A DNA stretch of 64,000 bases, taken from assembly GCA_023205875.1 (NCBI GenBank), contig CP060758.1:558001-622000 (forward strand). Reading direction: 5' to 3'. Below are positions 31,944 through 43,710 of the stretch, in pieces. The notes under the pieces were generated by a model. The model was given only the letters and a program-made list of their open reading frames with translations. It searched no databases and was not told the DNA's origin. This DNA is from Chloropicon primus. Taxonomy: Eukaryota. The translations under genes were made by a program, and so were the position numbers. Every line of letters starts with the position of its first letter. Within the stretch, counting starts at the first letter, position 1.

Positions 31944-32612
31944 GACTCTCCCCTTCCCAAAGATCACCACCTTGGGTTGTTTCCCCTTGAAGCTTCTTTC
32001 CCTCCGCACTTCGGAACCAACCTCGGCCGTCTGTCGTAACACACAAGGCCACGAGAGACGCCAAGGCAGCAGACCGGGAGGCGTCTAGACCAAGTGTCCT
32101 CACGCCTAGTCGTCGTCGAAAGGAGGTGTGCAACCCACCCGATCCCTTGGCTCTCCTTGGCTCTCCTTCGCCACTGATTTGAACCATGAAGGTGTGTGTC
32201 TCTTCCTTTCCGCTTCACCACCACAAATTTTGGACTACGGCTTCTCCAAGATGACGCGTCTTATCGAAAACATCTCGTCGTAAGATCTCGTTGTAACACG
32301 TTGTAACAACGTGGGGCTCACAGTCCATCACAGTCACAAGTCCACGGAGAGAGTTTCGAAGGCTTACCACAGGATCTTGGAATAGGAACGGCGGCCTGGA
32401 GCCTTGGCTTTGGCTTTGGCTTGGTCCCCCTGGTCTGGTCCAACGAAACTGGTACTGGACTCTGCTGCTGCAGGTTCCGACACCATCCATCCATAGCAGT
32501 CCGCAGCGCAGGAGCAGAGCGAGGCCCATAGGTACCGCCTCGTCTTGTGTGCAGATTAGAGTGGGCCTTGCCTTGGGCAGGCAGTGCCCGACGAGTGACC
32601 AACAAACCAACA

Positions 32613-34253
32613 ATGGGTTTTCCAGAGACAAAGGTGTGGTTGCCTTGGGCCGTCCACTTGGGAATGATTGCGGTTGCGATATGGAGGCTTGAAGATGCAA
32701 AGAAGAAGGACGATAGTGCCGAGATCAACAGCTGCCGCTTCATGGCAGGGAACCACTTCTTCCTCGGAGCCCTGGGCATGATATGCAGCCTGCCTTGGCC
32801 ACGCGAAAAGGTTGAGGAGGAAGGCAAGGTGGCGAAGAATCCTGAACCTGCAAAAGCGTCCGAGGAGGCGAAGCCTGAGGAGGTGACCACCGGGAAAGCG
32901 ATCGAAAACGGCGCGGCTGTCGAGCAAGCCATAGAGATCGAGCCTCACAAGCCCCCGAAGAAAAGAAACACGGTCTACCTCACCAACCTGAAGATGTTTC
33001 TTACAGTGATTGTGGTGGTTTTCCACGTGAGCGGTTACTGGAGCAAGGCCGGGTACAACTTGCTTTTCCTCGGGGAGCTCCCTTGGGGCAAGGGACCGGA
33101 TTTCTTCAACACCAATGCCGTGGCTGATGAGGGTGGAGTGGCCCTCAGGGCTTTCCTCGCTATAGCCGTGTTTTTTGAGTGGTTGACCCAGTCCTACTTC
33201 ATGGCGGCTTTCTTCATGATCTCGGCATTCTTTTGTCCAAAGAGTTACAACCGGAAGGGCTTCAAGCCCTACGTAGTTGACAAGCTCGTGAGGCTCGGCG
33301 GACCTTACGTGCTCTACTGCCTCATTTTGGGACCCGTGAATGAAGCAATAGCGACGGCTCACATCAGTCACGTGAACGGCCAGAAGCAAGAGTTCGAGTG
33401 GGTCTACCAGAGAGGTGTCACTTGGTTCATCCTCTGGCTGCTGAATCTCTCGGTGGTCTACGCCCTGTACGAGCTCGTGAAGCGGAGGTTATTCCCAAAG
33501 CTGAAGCTCACGATTCCCATGCCTCATCCATTGATTCTGTCGCCGTGTGTCGGAGTCATTTGTGGGTACATCATGTGGGCCTCGTGCAAGGTGTGGCGCG
33601 TGCACCAGCAGGGTTACTCGGAGTTCGGGGGCATGGCGCTGTGGGAGTACGGAATGGGAACGCACATTCCTTTCTTCGTCTTTGGCATTTTCGCGGGCTG
33701 TAACGACTGGCTGCCAAAGCTGGAAGAAATGAAGATGTGGGTGGCTTGGGTATTGAGGTTGTACACCTTGGCTTTGGTCGCCTACTTCTTCTGTGGGTAC
33801 TCTGACTTGACGATCCCCTTGCGCCTCAAGATAGAGCGAGGACATCAAGCTGAAACCTGGACCAACTTGGAAACGCAGTTCGCCGTGTCCATGACCTTGG
33901 TCTGGATTCAGCTCTTCTACCAGTATTTCAACAAGAGTCCCCAGAGCAAGATCGCTCGCAGCGCAGGCATTGCTGCGTACGGGGTTTACATCACGCACGT
34001 CCCGGTGATGATGTGGTATGCCATTATCTACGTCGAGATCTTGCGCGCGAGCGGCCTCGAGGTGAGGTACTCGGAGAAGCACTTCCAAATGATTTATCAG
34101 GTGGACGAGGGGTCGTACTTGGGTGACTACAGAATCGTTCAAGGTGGGTATGTCTGGGCGGGCTTTATCTCCATGAACATCTTCGTGAACTTGATTTGCT
34201 GGCCGGGGAGTTTCTACATGAGGAAGCTCCCAATCTTGAACCGGATGTTGTGA
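32613..34253 (+). CDS. Acyltransferase-3 family multi-pass membrane protein (OpgC/OafA-like)
   Basis: R..YL.NLK.FL..IVV.FH, YFM..FF.ISAFF...SY.RKG...DKL.RLG.P, WFI.WL and AYGVYITH motifs; about 10 TM segments. The start is inferred. Confidence 0.8.
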   Translation: MGFPETKVWLPWAVHLGMIAVAIWRLEDAKKKDDSAEINSCRFMAGNHFFLGALGMICSLPWPREKVEEEGKVAKNPEPAKASEEAKPEEVTTGKAIENGAAVEQAIEIEPHKPPKKRNTVYLTNLKMFLTVIVVVFHVSGYWSKAGYNLLFLGELPWGKGPDFFNTNAVADEGGVALRAFLAIAVFFEWLTQSYFMAAFFMISAFFCPKSYNRKGFKPYVVDKLVRLGGPYVLYCLILGPVNEAIATAHISHVNGQKQEFEWVYQRGVTWFILWLLNLSVVYALYELVKRRLFPKLKLTIPMPHPLILSPCVGVICGYIMWASCKVWRVHQQGYSEFGGMALWEYGMGTHIPFFVFGIFAGCNDWLPKLEEMKMWVAWVLRLYTLALVAYFFCGYSDLTIPLRLKIERGHQAETWTNLETQFAVSMTLVWIQLFYQYFNKSPQSKIARSAGIAAYGVYITHVPVMMWYAIIYVEILRASGLEVRYSEKHFQMIYQVDEGSYLGDYRIVQGGYVWAGFISMNIFVNLICWPGSFYMRKLPILNRML

Positions 34254-34309
34254 AGAGTGAGGGAGAAGGCCGAAGTAAATTTCAAGTCATATCGCATCAC
34301 AAATCAAAT

Positions 34310-37300
34310 CTAGTTACACAGACCAATCGAAGGGGAATTGGTCACTGCTGCAAGTGGCGACCTTTCCAAAATCTCAGTCTCAGGAGCCGCCGAGGTCTTT
34401 GCCGGTGTTCCCAGGCACTCGTCCTCGTTTTCCTTCTGTTCAACGACGTCTTCTAATTCGCTTGCAGTCTCCTCCTTTACTGGCGTCTGAGTCCCTCTGG
34501 TCTCTTTCTGCATTCTAAATTCCTCGAGCACAAGCTCTGGAGCCGGCGTGCGAAGGGATTCCAGATAGCCGCTCTGTGGCAAGTCTATTGTTCTCTTGGC
34601 AGGAGTCTCTCCCGTTGAGGCGTCCGGCTTCACATTGGCAGCATGCTCATCGATGCTCTTGCCAAGGTCTGAAACGAGCTCAAGACTCTTCTCTGCATTT
34701 TCATTGGCAGATTTGGAGTGCTCGGCCGTGATGTCGGCAACTCTCTGCAGGCAATCCTTCTCGCTGTTAGTGATATCAGCGAAAAGGCCGCTGGCTTCGG
34801 ACATCGACTTGTCCAGCGTGCTCTGTCCAGCAGCGATGCAGTCCTCAATACCACTCATAGCCTCCTTCATTCCTGCTTGCGCACCTTCAAGCATCGCGGC
34901 CACTTCCTGGGCGTGCTTCTGCTGCGCGTCGCTCAGAGAGTTCGTATTCTGTTCAACCGCTTGCTCGACCTCCGTGCAGAGAGTTTCGCATTTGTCGAGG
35001 CTCTTCTCGAACGACTTCTCGATCTTTGCAGTCGCCTTCTCGTTCTTTTTGATCTCCTTCTCGTGTTGCTTCTGCATCGAGGAGAGCTGGGAGTTTCCAT
35101 CTTCCGCAACCTCTTCAATGCCATCCAAACTGGCGTTCATCGAGCTGTAAGTCGCATCGATGTCACCCGTCATCTCAGCAAAGAAAGATTGAACCATGCT
35201 CTTCTGACTGTCCATGGAATCGTTCACGGCTCTGGTCAAGGTGCTTATCATTTCATTTTGCTGCTCTGCAAGTGATCTCATCATCCGCTCCTGGGCCTCG
35301 CCAAGCTTCTTTTTGAGGGCGTCATAGGCGCTGGCTGCTTCTTTCTGGCAAGCGCTTGTCGTGGACTTGACCTGAACCAAGGCTTTCTCAGCGGCCTCAG
35401 AAACTTCACTTGTCTTGTTCCTGATGTCTTCGCTGTTCTCCCTCTGCTGTGTTGAGTAGGACTCAAGGAGCTCCTTCGACTTTTCGACAGCGCCTTTGAC
35501 CTTACCCAAATCTTTGGTGGTCGCGCTTAGGATGTTCTGTCCCATGTCCGTTGTGCTCTGACAGTTCGACTCTTCCATGCCAAGTACCTCGTTCAACACT
35601 CCTCCTGCCTTCACAACGAATTCGTCTTGGACCAGGCTCACGGCCTTCGATGAGAAGCTCTCCAAGTCGCTCTTCATGTTGGAAATTTTGCAAGACAAGC
35701 TGCTGAGGTTGGCATCCTGCTCTTCGAGCAAACCATCGATTGCCTTGCTGGAATCCTTGAGGAGGTCGTTCTGGACCTTGATGTTCTTGCTCATTAGCTC
35801 CTGGAATTGCGAGATGCGTCCAGCGGAGACACTCTGCAAGTCCCTCACCACAGCGAGGTTCGACTTCTCAACATCTCCTTTCCTCTCGAGCTTGTTGTGC
35901 AGTTTGTACGTATCGTCGGTGACGCAAGTCAAGTTATCTGTAATCTCGATCGCGTGAGACACGATTCTGTCCTCGGCCTGCTCATGAGCTGCGATCAGAT
36001 AGTCACGCTCTTCGATGCCGGTCTTTGCCACCTCCAAGGCCTCGCAAGTCTCGTCGAGCTCGTCGATCTTGGTCTGAAGGTCTCTCTTCGTCTCATCATG
36101 GGCCTTGCTCAAGCTGTCATGGGACGTCTCGAGCTCGAGGAACATCTCCTTCACATTCTTCAGCTCCTCTTCCTTCTCCTCAATCTGAGTCTCGAGACTC
36201 TGCACTTGTTCCTGCAGCTCCTTCTGAGTAGTCAAGAGGCTCTCGTGGTGCGCGTTCGAAAGGTAGATGCCGTTCTTCTCGCGGGTCGCAATCAAGTCGG
36301 CCTTCAGTCTATCGATCTCCACGGTCAAGTCCTTGATGAGCGTGGTCTTCGAGATCTTTCTGTTCACCTCTGGCCTGTTCTTGATCGACTTGGCCCTCTG
36401 CGCGTAGTCCAGAGTGTTCAAGGTCTCGTCCAGGCACAGAGCAGTGGGCGCGATCGTGGCGATGATGCACGTCTTGGTCTTGCCGCCAAGAGAGTCCCTC
36501 AGCAACCTGGTAAGCTTACTGTCACGGTAAGGGATGTGGGACTGGCGCTCCACCAGGGCGCTGATGACGCGCCCAAGGGTGAGCAGGGACTTGTTGATCT
36601 CCCCAGCCTCTCTTGCCCTTTCCTTCTTCGCTCCACTCCTGGAGATGTTCTCCGATCCTGCGAGGTCAACCAAGTTGAGCTTTCCGCACTTTATCATCTC
36701 ATCCCCTTCTGGGGTCGTCTCCTTGATGTGAATGGTGACGGTGAAGACGCTGTGAGACCTGCTCGACTCCTTGTTCAGCTTGGTCTCCGCCGTCTTCCTC
36801 CTCGCGGTTCCTCTCTCGAGAACTTCGAAGATCTCCTCCGACGTTTTCACGATCTCGTCCTCCAGACCTCTCACGATCACGCCTCCTCTGCCGTCCTCGC
36901 ACAACTGGTGCTCCGCGTGGTCCTCCCCGATGCCGAGCAAGTCCGTGATCTTCTCGTTGTAGAGCTCCAAGTAAGAAACCTTTACCGAGTACTCCGACCC
37001 GGCGCTCTCAAGGGTCTCGAAGATCTGCTTTATCGCGCGAGGGATCACTCCTGCCGTCGCATCCAGGACACCCGTCTCGGCGTTCCTCTCGATGTCTCCC
37101 CCCATGGTGTACGTCTTTCCCGTTCCCGTCTGGCCGTAAGCGAAGATAGTGCAGTTGAAACCGTCCAGGACCTCGCTCACTATCGGAGTAATCGCAGCGT
37201 CGTAGACATTCGCTTGTGTCGTGTCCTTGCCAAAGACTCGGTCGAAGGTGAAAGTCCTGCCGATCTGCTTGTTCGCGATCTGCTGGGTCACCGTGACCTC

Positions 37301-37501
37301 CCGCGTGGCCTCGCAGCATTTCACGACCTGCTGCAACCGCTGCGCCTTTTCTTGGCCGCTGATGGGTCTGCAGCGGAGGATCACTTGAACGTTCACGCCA
37401 GCGTCTTCCCCGTTCGAGTTCGAGTTCGCCTCCTGTCCCTTCCCACCTCTAGCCGTTCCAGGGCGCGAACGCGCCGTTCCAGGCCTCGACTTTGCCGTCA
37501 T
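34310..37501 (-). CDS. Kinesin-5 (BimC/Eg5)
   Basis: N-terminal motor NVQVILRCRP, GQTGTGKT, GKLNLVDLAGSENISRSGA, a long coiled coil and the BimC box TGETPAKR. Confidence 0.95.
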   Translation of the reverse strand: MTAKSRPGTARSRPGTARGGKGQEANSNSNGEDAGVNVQVILRCRPISGQEKAQRLQQVVKCCEATREVTVTQQIANKQIGRTFTFDRVFGKDTTQANVYDAAITPIVSEVLDGFNCTIFAYGQTGTGKTYTMGGDIERNAETGVLDATAGVIPRAIKQIFETLESAGSEYSVKVSYLELYNEKITDLLGIGEDHAEHQLCEDGRGGVIVRGLEDEIVKTSEEIFEVLERGTARRKTAETKLNKESSRSHSVFTVTIHIKETTPEGDEMIKCGKLNLVDLAGSENISRSGAKKERAREAGEINKSLLTLGRVISALVERQSHIPYRDSKLTRLLRDSLGGKTKTCIIATIAPTALCLDETLNTLDYAQRAKSIKNRPEVNRKISKTTLIKDLTVEIDRLKADLIATREKNGIYLSNAHHESLLTTQKELQEQVQSLETQIEEKEEELKNVKEMFLELETSHDSLSKAHDETKRDLQTKIDELDETCEALEVAKTGIEERDYLIAAHEQAEDRIVSHAIEITDNLTCVTDDTYKLHNKLERKGDVEKSNLAVVRDLQSVSAGRISQFQELMSKNIKVQNDLLKDSSKAIDGLLEEQDANLSSLSCKISNMKSDLESFSSKAVSLVQDEFVVKAGGVLNEVLGMEESNCQSTTDMGQNILSATTKDLGKVKGAVEKSKELLESYSTQQRENSEDIRNKTSEVSEAAEKALVQVKSTTSACQKEAASAYDALKKKLGEAQERMMRSLAEQQNEMISTLTRAVNDSMDSQKSMVQSFFAEMTGDIDATYSSMNASLDGIEEVAEDGNSQLSSMQKQHEKEIKKNEKATAKIEKSFEKSLDKCETLCTEVEQAVEQNTNSLSDAQQKHAQEVAAMLEGAQAGMKEAMSGIEDCIAAGQSTLDKSMSEASGLFADITNSEKDCLQRVADITAEHSKSANENAEKSLELVSDLGKSIDEHAANVKPDASTGETPAKRTIDLPQSGYLESLRTPAPELVLEEFRMQKETRGTQTPVKEETASELEDVVEQKENEDECLGTPAKTSAAPETEILERSPLAAVTNSPSIGLCN

Positions 37502-38221
37502 GCTCCCTCTTCTCTCTCTCTCTCGCCTGCCTGTCTGCTTCACTCCTCCGCCCTTCGCTTGTCGCTCAGAGAACCAAATTCCTCAAGCGACCGTTCAATC
37601 GAAAGGTCTCGAGGCGCTCTTTCGTTCTATTGACACTTGGTTTCCTTCTTTCTTCCAGTTTGGGCCTCAAACCCGTCCCCGCGTCGCGTCCTCTCCTCAA
37701 GCTTCGTCGCGCGCGTCGTCGTCGGTGACAGATTGATCGTCCGATTCAAACGGCTCGCATTGTTCAACGGAAAAAAAAACAAAAATAGGGGAAAGAGCGC
37801 GCGAGAGAGAGGATGAATGGATGGATGGATGGATGGCGCTGCATTGAGGAGGGAGGAGCAAGGGGGTGAGGAGTTGATGAGGGAGAGCACGGTTGGTTGG
37901 GTCATGAGGAGGGGGAGGGGAGGAGTCAACACCATCAACAACGCTGGATCAGGGGAAAGAGCAGGCAGACAGAGGATGGATGGATGGCGAGGAAACGAGG
38001 GGAGAACGAGGGGAGAACGAGAGCGATTCATCGAGAGCACCACGTGGATCTTGGATCTTTTCTTCTCCCTGTGCAAGAAGAGTTTATGATCCCACACGGA
38101 GGACTGCCTTTGCATTTATTTTCCAACGAAAGAAACAAAAAATTGAGTGTGGATGTACTAAGAGACAAAAATGAAATAACCTGCCGTGTCTTGTTGTGTT
38201 GTGCTATTTCATCTCTCTCTT

Positions 38222-38253
<32 letters not shown>

Positions 38254-38255
<2 letters not shown>

Positions 38256-39566
38256 AGATGTCTCCATAGTCCAACACGGAGCGACTCTCCTGCTTTGGCT
38301 GGTCCAGATCAAAGTAAGCCCTCCGCTGGTGAGGCCTGGGCGGCTGCCTCACCGCCTCCAAGCCAGGGCTCGCAAAGGTCTGGCCGGCATCCAGGGAGGC
38401 TTGAAGCTCCTTGTACTCCTTTTCGTGCTCAGTGAAGGTCTCGTCGCTCAGGAAGTTCTCCTCGTAGATGTCCTGCAAAATTTTCCCTCTGATCTGTTCC
38501 AGGATCTCCGAGTGTTTGTTCGAGATGTGCTTCCTGGTGAAGTCGCTTCCCTTGAAGAGTTTCGTGCACAGCTTGCACATGAACTTGTTCCCGTCTATGC
38601 ACTGCACTTGGGTCTCCGTGTATTGCGCGATTTCTTTCTCCAACCTCTCTTTGCCCACGAGCTTGAACGCCTGGTCACCCTCAAAGACGCGCGTGTCCCA
38701 CTTCAGCTCGAGGTCTTTGAAGAACTTTCCGGCCCCCTCCAGCTCCTGCTCGGCGCCACCCAGATCGTCGGGCTTTGGACCTCTCCTCGTGTATGTCCCG
38801 TCCTTCCTGACTTTGAACTCGTTGAAGCCGAGCTCCTTCGCCCCATAATAATCAAGCCCGTGAACCTTCCAAGCGTACTGAAGGAGCTTGTCCAGCATTC
38901 CGTTCTTTGCATCCTCCGCCAAGGCCTCTGCCTCGTCGGCCGTCCCAATGTCCCCAAACACAGGATTCTTCTGGATGTTTTTCTCCTCGTCCAGCTTCGT
39001 GAGAAGCTTGTAAAGGAGGTTGAAGTCTTTCGAAGCCCGCGCAGGAACCCAGGCCGCTCTCGAGTGTTCCAGGGTTTGGTCCTCTCCCACCATCGTCTCG
39101 TCCCCCGCGTCAGAAGGACTCATTCCCAAGAACTCGCCCGCAGAGGACTTGGCTTCCGCCTCTCTCGCCTTCAGGGCCTCCTCTATGCGGACGGGGTCGT
39201 ACTTGCTTCTCATCTCCTCCGTCTCGCAGTGCTCTTTGAACCACACGCTCTTAGAGTTTCCAAGCTGCTTGATCAGGTACGCCTTGTACATGACCTCCGC
39301 CTCTTTGGGCCGCACGTTGTCCGGCTGCCGAGCCATGAAGTGCTTGAAGCTCAGGGGCTGCCCGCTATCCTCGCCACCCACACGGTGCGGACTCCTCTCC
39401 CTGTCGTCTCTACCAAACCTATCTGGACTCCGCCGTCCTCTTTCATACTCCCGTCCTCCACCTCCGCCCCTCCTGTACCCCACGGGTGACCTCGACCTCC
39501 CTCGGTAGTACCCTCCTCCCCTCTCCCTCTCCCTGTACCCCTCCCTCTCGCGCTCACCTGCCCTCA

Positions 39567-39567
<1 letters not shown>
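38254..39567 (-). CDS. SE: SERRATE/ARS2 RNA effector
   Basis: RS-rich N-terminus, LSFKHFM...YKAY...F.EH...E....KYDP, YAWKVHGLDYY, the zinc finger CKLCTKLFKG.DF..KHI..KH, and C-terminal Y.DLD.P...VLDYGDI. Confidence 0.9.
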
Positions 39568-39604
<37 letters not shown>

Positions 39605-39821
39605 CACTCTCTTCGCCCAACAAAAACACAGGAAAGAAAAACTCCTCCACCCAAAAACACCCAATACGAATGCGATCCCAAAGCACAAGCCACGTAAGGT
39701 TCCCCTCCCTCCGCTTTCTCCGCCCCGTGTCCTCGTCCCGTGTCGTTCTCCCCTCCGCGTCAACACAAACCCTTCACGAGCGAGGCGGCTCCTCTCTCTC
39801 TCGCGCTCTCACTCTCTCGCC

Positions 39822-39850
39822 AGACGACGACGACGACGACGACGACGACG
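39822..39850. repeat. (GAC)n trinucleotide repeat in the SERRATE/DRE2 divergent region
   Basis: Directly visible. Confidence 0.9.
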
Positions 39851-40020
39851 AGGAAGGGCGGCGAGGAAGGGCGGCGAGTGAGAAGGAGCGGAAGGAAAGG
39901 GTCTTGTCTCTTGTCTCTTGTCTCTTGTCTTCTCAAGAGGCCTTGACGTGTGGCGTGAAGGGACGGGTCTAGGAATTGTTTGTTTGTTTTTGTTTGATTG
40001 ATTGATTAGAGGGAGAAGGG

Positions 40021-40670
40021 ATGATGGAGTGTGTGATATGCGCGAGCGAGGACTACGAGTGCGTGAGCTTGGCGTTGCTGGAGTATGTTTCCGCAAGGTA
40101 TTCGCTCGAGGGGGAGAAGGCTTGCGTGATGACGGGAGGAAGCGCTTCACTGGAGAAGAGAGGGGCCGGGATGAGAGAGGCAAAGGTCGCCGGGGCTGTG
40201 GTGGTGGCGAAAGAGGTGACGGAGGACGTGGGAAAGATGGTGTCGGCGCTTCACGGGATGATGCTGCCCGAAGGAACCCTCAACGTTGTCCTGTTCCGAG
40301 AAGGTGTGGGACAGGAAGCTGCTGAGGCGGAGTGGAGCAACCTCAGACGCGCGGTCCTTCTCGCGGGCTTCACTGGTCTCGGTGACAAGCCCGAAACGAG
40401 TGGTATGCCCGCGAGCCTGCAGGCCGTCTTTGCGCCACAGGGCGGGGCACAGTCGATGAACGTTGTATCGTGCACCGCAACCAAACCCCAGTGGGCGCAG
40501 GGTGCGAAGCAAGGACTCCGTATGCAGCTGAAGAAGAAGAAGAAGAAGGCGGAGGAGGAGCCTGTGGCGAGAGAGGAGGTGCTCAAGGCCTGGAAGCTGG
40601 GGGGGGAGGACGAGGAATTGATTGACGACGACGTTCTGGTGGACGATATCGAGGTGAGGATTTTGTTGTT

Positions 40671-40701
<31 letters not shown>

Positions 40702-41089
40702 TTGCTCGACGGACAAACTGACTCGACGACGGTGCTTGTTCTCTTCTTCTTGTGATAAGCTGCCCAAGATGGTCGCCGTGGAAAACGTCCCGGGGGACGC
40801 CAAGCCGAAGAGGAAGAAGGCGTGCAAGAACTGCAGCTGCGGCAGGAAAGAGATGGAGGAGGCGGAAGAGAGGGCGGCGGCCTCTGGGCAACAGAACGCC
40901 AGCGTCGTGGACCTCGCCAACACAAACCTCACCAAGGAGCAAATCGAGAACCCGCAGTCGGCCTGCGGAAACTGCTCCCTCGGCGACGCCTTCAGGTGCG
41001 CCAGCTGCCCTTACAGGGGCATGCCAAGGTTCAAGCTGGGAGAAAAGATAGAGTTGACAACCAGCATGCTCGAGGCGGACGTCCTCTAA
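40021..41089 (+). CDS. DRE2: Anamorsin/DRE2 Fe-S assembly protein; exons 40021-40653 and 40760-41089
   Basis: Methyltransferase-like N-domain (LLAGF...KPQW), [17 protein letters not shown] and [23 protein letters not shown]. Intron 40654-40759 has an AAG acceptor; its exact 3' site is less certain. Confidence 0.92.
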
Positions 41090-41116
41090 GGCCACCGCAC
41101 AACAACGAAAACCTTT

Positions 41117-41138
41117 TGTAAGATAAAATCGTGTTACA
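41117..41138. terminator. Opposed TGTAA polyadenylation signals (+ 41117-41121 for DRE2, - 41138-41134 for rpl31)
   Basis: UGUAA is the established chlorophyte near-upstream poly(A) element. Similar sites occur at 3552(+), 8458(-), 17121(-), 29901(+), 29929(-) and 55363(-). Confidence 0.65.
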
Positions 41139-41173
41139 AGAATGAACGGCCTTGGGTTTCCGAAGGAGGAAAG

Positions 41174-41756
41174 CTACTTCTTGTCGCCCGCGCCATCCCC
41201 GAAAAGGTCCAAGCCAGCATACTTCTTGTTGAACTTGGATATTCTCTCGTCGTCGAGAATCATCGCACCTCCCTGCCCGTTCAGGTAGAAGGGGTGGTTC
41301 CCGGACCAGACGTCCACGACGTACTCCTTCTTCGTTCCCGAGACGGAGAACACCTCCTCCCCGTTGCAGATGACCTTGGAATCGTTGTGGAACTCCGGGT
41401 GGAGGTCCTTCTTGGCCGGGCAGCGAATCGAGCGTGGCCTCTTGGCACCCTACACGAAGAGCAAGCAAAGAAACAGAGGCAGGAGAAGCGGAGAGTCAGG
41501 GGAAACGCCCTTGCGAGGAGGAAAGAAAGAACCCGTGCCTTTCAAACAAACAAACAAGAAGAAGAAGAAGAAGAGGAGTCTCCGTCCGATCTTTCTCTCC
41601 CCAACCAGCCTCTCCTCTTTCTTTCCGTGTTTCGCGGCCAAGCGAGCCAAAGTGCGACGGACGGCGGCGCTGACTTACCCACTTGGGCGTCCTGCTCGTG
41701 GACGTGTTCGTCGCCGAGGCGTTCCTCGTCGCCACTCCCGTCAGCTTGCTGTGCAT
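41174..41756 (-). CDS. rpl31: Plastid 50S ribosomal protein bL31c (117 aa); exons 41756-41679 and 41449-41174
   Basis: Exon 2 translates to KKDLHPEFHNDSKVICNGEEVFSVSGTKKEYVVDVWSGNHPFYL. Exon 1 is an S/T-rich transit peptide. Phase-0 intron GTAAGT..TAG. Absent from the ORF track. Confidence 0.92.
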
Positions 41757-42090
41757 CTCTCCGTGCTCCTTCTTCGTCGCCGTTCCTCTGCCAAGTTGTG
41801 GATAGCGTTTTTGTGGCTCCTCGACGAGCCAGGCCGTACACTCTCTGGAGGATCAGATGAGGATCCAGGGATTGAGGGGGAGGAGGCGTGGGCTTGTGGG
41901 CTTGTGGGCTTGTGAAGGGAAGGGACATTACCAGTACCAGGGCGAGGCGTCTTGGTCTGGGAGGATCACCTCCTCACCACCACCTTCACTGTCGTAGTCG
42001 AAAAGAACAAGAAGAACAAGAAGAATCTTTGGTTTTGGATTACTAGCAGCATCATGATATCAACGCGCGCGAGAGGAATTTATTTTTTTT

Positions 42091-43704
42091 TTACGCCGCA
42101 GGGGTGAGCTCCTTGGCGACCTCCCTCGTGACGTCTCTCATGGTGACGAACTCTTCCGCTGCCGTGGGGTGGATGCCGACGCACGCGTCAAAGTCGGCCT
42201 TGGTGGCGCCCATCTTGACCGCGATGGCGATGCCCTGCATGATCTCCGCTGAGTCTTGCCCGACCATGTGAACTCCCACAACCCTGTCGCTGGCACTGTC
42301 CACGACGATCTTCATGAACGACCTCTCCGTGCTGCCGGAGATGGTGTTCTTCAGAGGCCTGAAGCTGGAGGTGAAGATCTTCAACGTGCCGAACTTCTCG
42401 AGGGCCTCGTCCTCGGTGTAGCCGACGGTTCCGACAGGGGGCTGGCTGAACACGGCGGAGGCCACGTACTCGTGGTCGGGCTTCGTCGGGGTGTCGTTGA
42501 AGAGGGTCTTGGCCACAGCCATGCCCTCCATCAGGGCCACGGGGGTCAAGTTGATTCTGTCCGTGACGTCGCCGACGGCAAAGATGTTCGGCACGTTCGT
42601 CCTCGAGTAGTCGTCGACCTTGATGACGCCCCTGTCCGTCGTCTCCACGCCAACGTTCTCGAGCCCGAGCTCCTCCACGTTCGGAGCCCTCCCCGTGGCG
42701 TACATGACCTCGTCGAACCACTCCACGTCTCCCCCGGCGCTGGTCACGACTCCCTTCCTGCCGTCCTCGCCCTGGACGACCTCCACCGGCACGGTCTTTG
42801 GGGTGACTTCGATGCCCTTCTCGGAGATCTGCTCGGTGAGGAAATCCCTCACCTCCTCGTCGAACCCCCTGAGGATCTTGTCCCCCCTGAAGAAGAGCTT
42901 GACGTCCGCCCCGAAGGAGTTGAAGATGCCGGCGAACTCGACCGCAATGAATCCGGCCCCGACGATAGCAATCTTCTTCGGCATCACCGGCAGGTCCAGG
43001 GCGTCGTCGCTCGTGATCACCAAGTCCTTCCCGGGAATGTTGGGGACGAAAGGGAGGCCGCCCGTGGCTATCATGATGTTCTTGCACGTGAAGGTCTTCC
43101 CGTCCACTTCCACGGTATTCTTGTCGACGATCTTGCCGCGACCCTCGATGAGCTCCACCTTGTTGTTGTCCAAAATTCTCTTGTAGATGCCGGTCAGCCT
43201 CTGTATCTCGTTGTTCTTGCTCTCGATCAGGCTCGCCCAGCTGTGATTGGGCTTGTCGAACTTGTCCCAGCCGAACCCGTTGCAATCCTCGAACTCCTGG
43301 GCGAACTCGGACCCGTAAACCAAAAGCTTCTTGGGCACGCACCCCCTCAGGACGCAGGTCCCTCCGACGCCCCCCTCCGTCAGCGAAGCCTTGGTCGCGA
43401 ACGGGAGCTCCGCCACCGCCACCTTGGCCCCGTACGACGCCGCGAACCTCGACCCGCGCACTCCCCCACTCCCCGCACCGATGGTAAACAGATCGTAGTC
43501 GTACTCCCCCTCACCCCCGTTCCCCGCCTTGGCCGCCACCAGTGCCCTCGCCCTTCCTCCGACCTCCGACACCCTCAAGCTCCTCACCATACCAAGCAGG
43601 CCTGTCCTCCTAAGCAGGGGGGCACCATCCTTCCCCAAGTTCAACACCTTCGTCCCCCTCCTCGTCGTCGTCATCCGCGCACTCGCCCTCGTCGTCGTCA
43701 TCAT
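42091..43704 (-). CDS. GR: Glutathione reductase, organelle-targeted
   Basis: [32 protein letters not shown] and IHPTAAEE motifs; N-terminal transit peptide. Confidence 0.96.
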   Translation of the reverse strand: MMTTTRASARMTTTRRGTKVLNLGKDGAPLLRRTGLLGMVRSLRVSEVGGRARALVAAKAGNGGEGEYDYDLFTIGAGSGGVRGSRFAASYGAKVAVAELPFATKASLTEGGVGGTCVLRGCVPKKLLVYGSEFAQEFEDCNGFGWDKFDKPNHSWASLIESKNNEIQRLTGIYKRILDNNKVELIEGRGKIVDKNTVEVDGKTFTCKNIMIATGGLPFVPNIPGKDLVITSDDALDLPVMPKKIAIVGAGFIAVEFAGIFNSFGADVKLFFRGDKILRGFDEEVRDFLTEQISEKGIEVTPKTVPVEVVQGEDGRKGVVTSAGGDVEWFDEVMYATGRAPNVEELGLENVGVETTDRGVIKVDDYSRTNVPNIFAVGDVTDRINLTPVALMEGMAVAKTLFNDTPTKPDHEYVASAVFSQPPVGTVGYTEDEALEKFGTLKIFTSSFRPLKNTISGSTERSFMKIVVDSASDRVVGVHMVGQDSAEIMQGIAIAVKMGATKADFDACVGIHPTAAEEFVTMRDVTREVAKELTPAA

Positions 43705-43705
43705 C

Positions 43706-43710
<5 letters not shown>

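Noticed and set aside
37817..38089. 90-aa ORF between kinesin-5 and SERRATE
   Set aside because: It derives from (GGAT)n and purine-rich low-complexity sequence and has no protein-like features.
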